From: Lophium mytilinum
Taxonomy: Eukaryota
Assembly: GCA_010093605.1 (NCBI GenBank)
Contig: MU004185.1
Location: 1,943,334-2,007,333 of the forward strand
Reading direction: 5' to 3'
Length of the DNA: 64,000 nucleotides
Shown here: positions 59,738-64,000 of the stretch, piece after piece
Layout of the letters: each line of letters starts with the position of its first letter
How positions within the stretch are numbered: the first letter of the stretch is position 1
Notes under the pieces: generated by a model
Databases searched by the model: none
What the model was told of the DNA's origin: nothing
Seen by the model: the letters and a program-made list of their open reading frames with translations, nothing else
Made by a program: the position numbers and the translations under genes

Positions 59738-62086
59738 ATGGACAACATCAATGTCTCCGAGCTTGTTGAACGGCTCAGCAGCGACGAGGAGAGCGTGCGC
59801 AAGATGGCCGTCTTCAAGCTTCAGAGCGCGATCGGGGACCCCTCCTTCGCGGACGTGTTTATCTATGAGGGCGGGCTGCCGAAGCTGCGCTTTCTGGCGC
59901 TGCATAGCACGGGCAATACGCTGGCGTATTGCCTGACGAGTCTGAGTAGGCTGCTAGAGCTGGACAAGGGGTGGGAGGGGGTTAGTGACGAGCTGATCGG
60001 GCGGGTAGGTGCCTTCTTCAAACCTTTTGCGCCTTTGCAACTGGTCATACATGCGCTTTGCTAACTTGGATATCGAATATCTAGGTTGTTGAACTCGTCG
60101 TCGCCCAGCCCCTCGTCAACGTAAACCGCGGCGCCATGTCCGTTCTTGCTGCTATAGTCTCCCACCCTCACCGCCGCGACTCCCAGCCTGGTATCACGGG
60201 CTTCCAGCGCCTCAAACCTGCCGTAGACCAACATCCCCAGTTCCTCCCGATGCTCGTCGAGAAGATCACGTCTGCGGACCATGCGCTCTGTGCGAATTCG
60301 CTGCAGCTCATCAATTCGCTCATGCGCGATGCGGTGGCTAATGACGAGGATACAGAGTGGCCTAAATTCATCAAGCAGCTGCAGGAGCTGGGCGTGATCA
60401 AGAGCGTGTATGGGCTTATGCAGAGCAGCGCAGTGCAGGACCTTGCGCATCCGCTTCTGGAGTTCCAGAGCTTGACAAAGGTGCTGTTGCGGAAGTGGAG
60501 GGAGGAGAAAGTTGATCTGGAGAAGCCGGATCACCGGCGCGCTATACGGGGCCTACACGTCGCGAGCGACCCTTCGAAGCCCGTCGATCCGAAGAAGAGC
60601 CAGAAATCGCATCCGGAAAAGTGGCGGCGGTTAGGGTTCGAGACGGAGAGTCCGGCGTGGGAGTTTGATGCTACGGGATTCCTCGGCTTGATGGACTTTA
60701 CGGATTTCGTGTATAAGAATGAGGATGGGTTCCAGAAGTTGTTACTGGAGCAGTCGGCTGAGGCGGCTGAACAGAGGTGCCCGATTGCGAGGGCCAGCCT
60801 GGCGGTGACGTCGATTCTGTATGAGCATTTTGAAGTGGATAAGAGTGATGAGAGTGATTCGCAGCGGTATGTGAATCATGAGTCGCGATCGAATTTCGAT
60901 CGAGCGTTCAAGCCTATGCTTTTGCATTGGTCGAGACTACATACTAGTGGCTTGAATGCATTCATCAGGCTATGGAAAGCTGCCGGAGCCGAAGTGGAAG
61001 ACTTCGAGAAGATCGAGGAATTAGTAAGAATCCTGATTGAGCAGGTTGTTGGGCAGGCACCTAGAGTGCGGGAGATCAAAGACGTGGAAGAGGAGCTAGC
61101 AGATTTCGATTGTCAGAGGCTACGGGAGTTGCAGATGGAATTGTTAGAACTGACGTATGAAGACGCTTGGGGGCATCATCTACGGTAAGATCTCTCCCTT
61201 CGCTTTCCTCGCTCTTTCAAACCCTCCAAATCTAACTTTCCCTAGCCAAGTCCGCGACGAACTCAACCACGAAGCCCTCCAATTCGTCAAAGAACAACGC
61301 ATCCGTTGCCTCCTCCAAGGCGCCTGGTTCCCACAAACCATGAACTACGCCACCGACGCTGGGCCCATCACCAGCAAGAGCCTGTCCCGCACGATACCGT
61401 CCTCGTGGCGGTATGTGAGGCTCTCACACAACCGACGCTACCTCCACTACGCAGACTTCGACGCAAGAGGGGACACCGAACCGCGACTCGACGCACTACA
61501 AGAGAAGAGTGAGTCCCCCCTTCCTGCCCCATTTGAAATCCACACTGCTAACAACAAGAACCCCCCAGTCGACCTCTCCATCGTCTCCTCGGTCGTCTCC
61601 AACGTCTCCGCCTCCGCCCCCTCCACCTCCTCCTCCGACAGCACCCTCAAAACCCTCCCCACCGCCCCCGCCAACGGCTCCCACCCCCACCCCCTCAGCA
61701 GCACGCCCGCCACCGCCTCCACCTCCACGAAAATCACCATCCACGGCTACCTGCCCCCGGACCACCCCTCCACTTCTCACAGTCACTCCCACTCCCACTC
61801 CCGTACTAGGTCGACCAGCACCCCGGAGTCCATCCTGCTGCAGCTGCACCCGCAATCGCACACGCTGGCGTCCGAGTGGCTGGATGGCCTGCTAATGCTG
61901 CTGAACCAGCAGCCGATTACGGCGGATACGAGTAAGTTGGTGAATTTGATCGGGGGGTATGGGCTCAAAATTCGGTTGCTGAATGTGAGGTATGAGGATG
62001 TGGGGGTTGAGGAGATGGTGTTGCCGGGGAGGGAGGGGGTGGATGAGGGGTATTTTTATGATATTGGGGGGATGGAGGGGGTGTGA
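59738..62086 (+). CDS. ELMO/CED-12 family protein with C-terminal PH domain
   Basis: KWRRLGFETESP, GFLGLMDF, CPIARASLAVT, FVKEQRIRCLLQGAWF, RLSHNRRYLHY, EWLDGLLMLL; three introns. Confidence 0.92.
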
Positions 62087-64000
62087 GTTGGTAGGAGGTT
62101 TGGGGTCGGAATACGACGGGACGACGTCGGGGACCGGAGGGGTTAGGGGAAGACTAAGGAGGAAAGGGGGCGTGAGGTGCGGTTATTTAGGGGGTTGGAA
62201 TTAGATATGAGGAGTATTTAGGCGTGGGAGTGTGAAAAATGGTTTAAGTAGGGTTTTCAGGCAAGATGGCGAGTGGAAGGGGGTAGTGTTGTTTTGGATT
62301 TTCTCAAGATACCCCTATCTATGTAATTGATATCGATGAAATTTCTACTTCTAAGTCATGTGAACTGCGACTTGTGGAATAATGGACGTGCGCGGGGTGT
62401 TAGTAAAGGGGAAGGTGAGTCGGTGGAGCTAGAGGCAAAAAGTGTGAGAATAGTGTTGAGATGGAAGTAGTGGTTGGGGCGTTAGCGGCTGCTTGCGGAA
62501 GGGCGTTGCTCCGAAGGGTCTATTGACTTCGAGAAGTGGGCAAGTGAGGGCTCACATCTTCAGAAGTATGGGGAGTCTCCTGGATCAACCGCCGGAGTGT
62601 TGGAAAATTTTGGGGTAAGAATGGGCGCTTGCTAATTTCTCGTCGTGTCGCGCAAGTATCGAGTGCGGGATCAAAGACAAGGCAAGGAGACCAACGAGTG
62701 GAGCTTACTGTAAACCGCTCGATTGGGGAGTTGACAATAGGTCTAGATGGGAGTGGGATGGGAGTACGGGAAGGGTTGAGGAAAGGTCGTAATGGTTAGA
62801 TGTTCGACAGCTGTAATGGTGAAGCTCGCCGGTAGAGGCTGTGAGGTCACAAGGCGGATAAATCTAGCTTGATTTGGGCTGTGAGAGGTCTACTTACACA
62901 CCTTTGATTCGAAGACTTCTCCAAAGGGCGCAGCGCGGAACCACCAAGTCCATCGTCAGGGACGTCGCGTCGAGGTTTCTATAGTCTCCTCCCTGGTCTT
63001 TTGCTCCGTTTGGAGATTGTGGGATACTACTTCTGGCTCTAAGAAGCCTAGATCTCGTTACTACGCGTATCGCTTCAACGTAGGTGTTGCGCCCTTTCGA
63101 CTGGTCTTCTCTTTGTAGAGAACCTCATATCATGCTTCGCTCCTTGCGGTGAGCTTGAGAAAGGCGCAAGAGTGAAGCAAGGGTACGTTCAAAATGAGGA
63201 GAGAAGAGGGAGTGCGTTCATGGGAGTCGATTTACTTAGTGGTATGAACACAAGCCCTGCATGCTGGAAGCTGATGGCAGATTTCTTGGTACCAGAATTG
63301 AGTACGGGACACAAAAACTAGAGCAAGGTTCATGTCCAGATGGAGGGGATCTTAGGAGATTTTGGAGCTTGAGATGTCTTAGCGAAGGCGTCTGTGAGTA
63401 AGGATCTACGTGAAGGTTGGACGAGAAAGGGGAGTGCTGCGTTCGTTGCTGCTAATTGCTAGGTATAGTCGAGTAATGATGAGCTTCTACTGATTCAAGG
63501 TCGTACGGGCTCGAGTGCGGGGTGGATAGTAAAGCAAGGTTCAGCTTGTTAAGAACACGCGGGGCTTCGTGGAACGATAAAGATGAGGCAAGGAGTAGAG
63601 AAATGCTTCTATGAGGGCAGGGTCAAGAGGTTTGTGCGCGTGGGTAAGTAATACAAAGATTTCGGTGAAATGAAGCAAGAATATTTATTACACCCCTGTG
63701 CTGCAGTCACAAGAAAAAAGTATAGCCAGCGCGCCCACGACGGCCGTTTCAGATCAACGTCGCACGCAGGCCCTAACCAGTTCGATTGCAGGCCAATGCA
63801 TATGCATATGGTGACAACGGACTATGGTAGCAACAGTGGCCGGCGGTGTGTTTTGAAGTGTTTTGAAGTGTTTCTTTTTGGTTTACGAAAAGGGAACCTA
63901 CGTTCTTCCTGCGGCGCCAACTTGACCACACTGAATCCACAGCATGAAGCACTGTCGACGACAGACGACGGTGCGCGTTGCTGCTGGCGGTGTGTTTTGG

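Overview
This is a eukaryotic window from a filamentous ascomycete (Pezizomycotina): short GT-AG introns with CTAAC/CTGAC branch sites, and recognisable palC, flbB, REG1-like and ELMO genes. The ORF track ignores introns, so I rebuilt gene models by eye and family calls are from recalled motifs, not database searches. 1-14 kb looks accessory: a divergent pair of secreted-protein genes (one with an intron-split HEXXH motif), three F-box-like paralogues (one a pseudogene) and a NACHT (NLR-type) gene. 14-47 kb and 57-62 kb are mostly core genes. The most notable signals are: (1) a dispersed repeat family of palindromic-core tandem units with a fixed end motif, at three loci, two of which face each other around a 2.3 kb stretch containing host-gene fragments (CSC1/OSCA channel, sugar porter); (2) a GMC-oxidoreductase C-terminal fragment lying antisense inside the open NLR reading frame; (3) a protein with about 25 GW/WG motifs, a candidate Argonaute hook; (4) an intronless CPBP/Abi gene with bacterial-like motifs; (5) a repeated C-rich-then-G-rich skew at gene and exon scale. 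No rRNA, tRNA, CRISPR array or intact transposase was seen.
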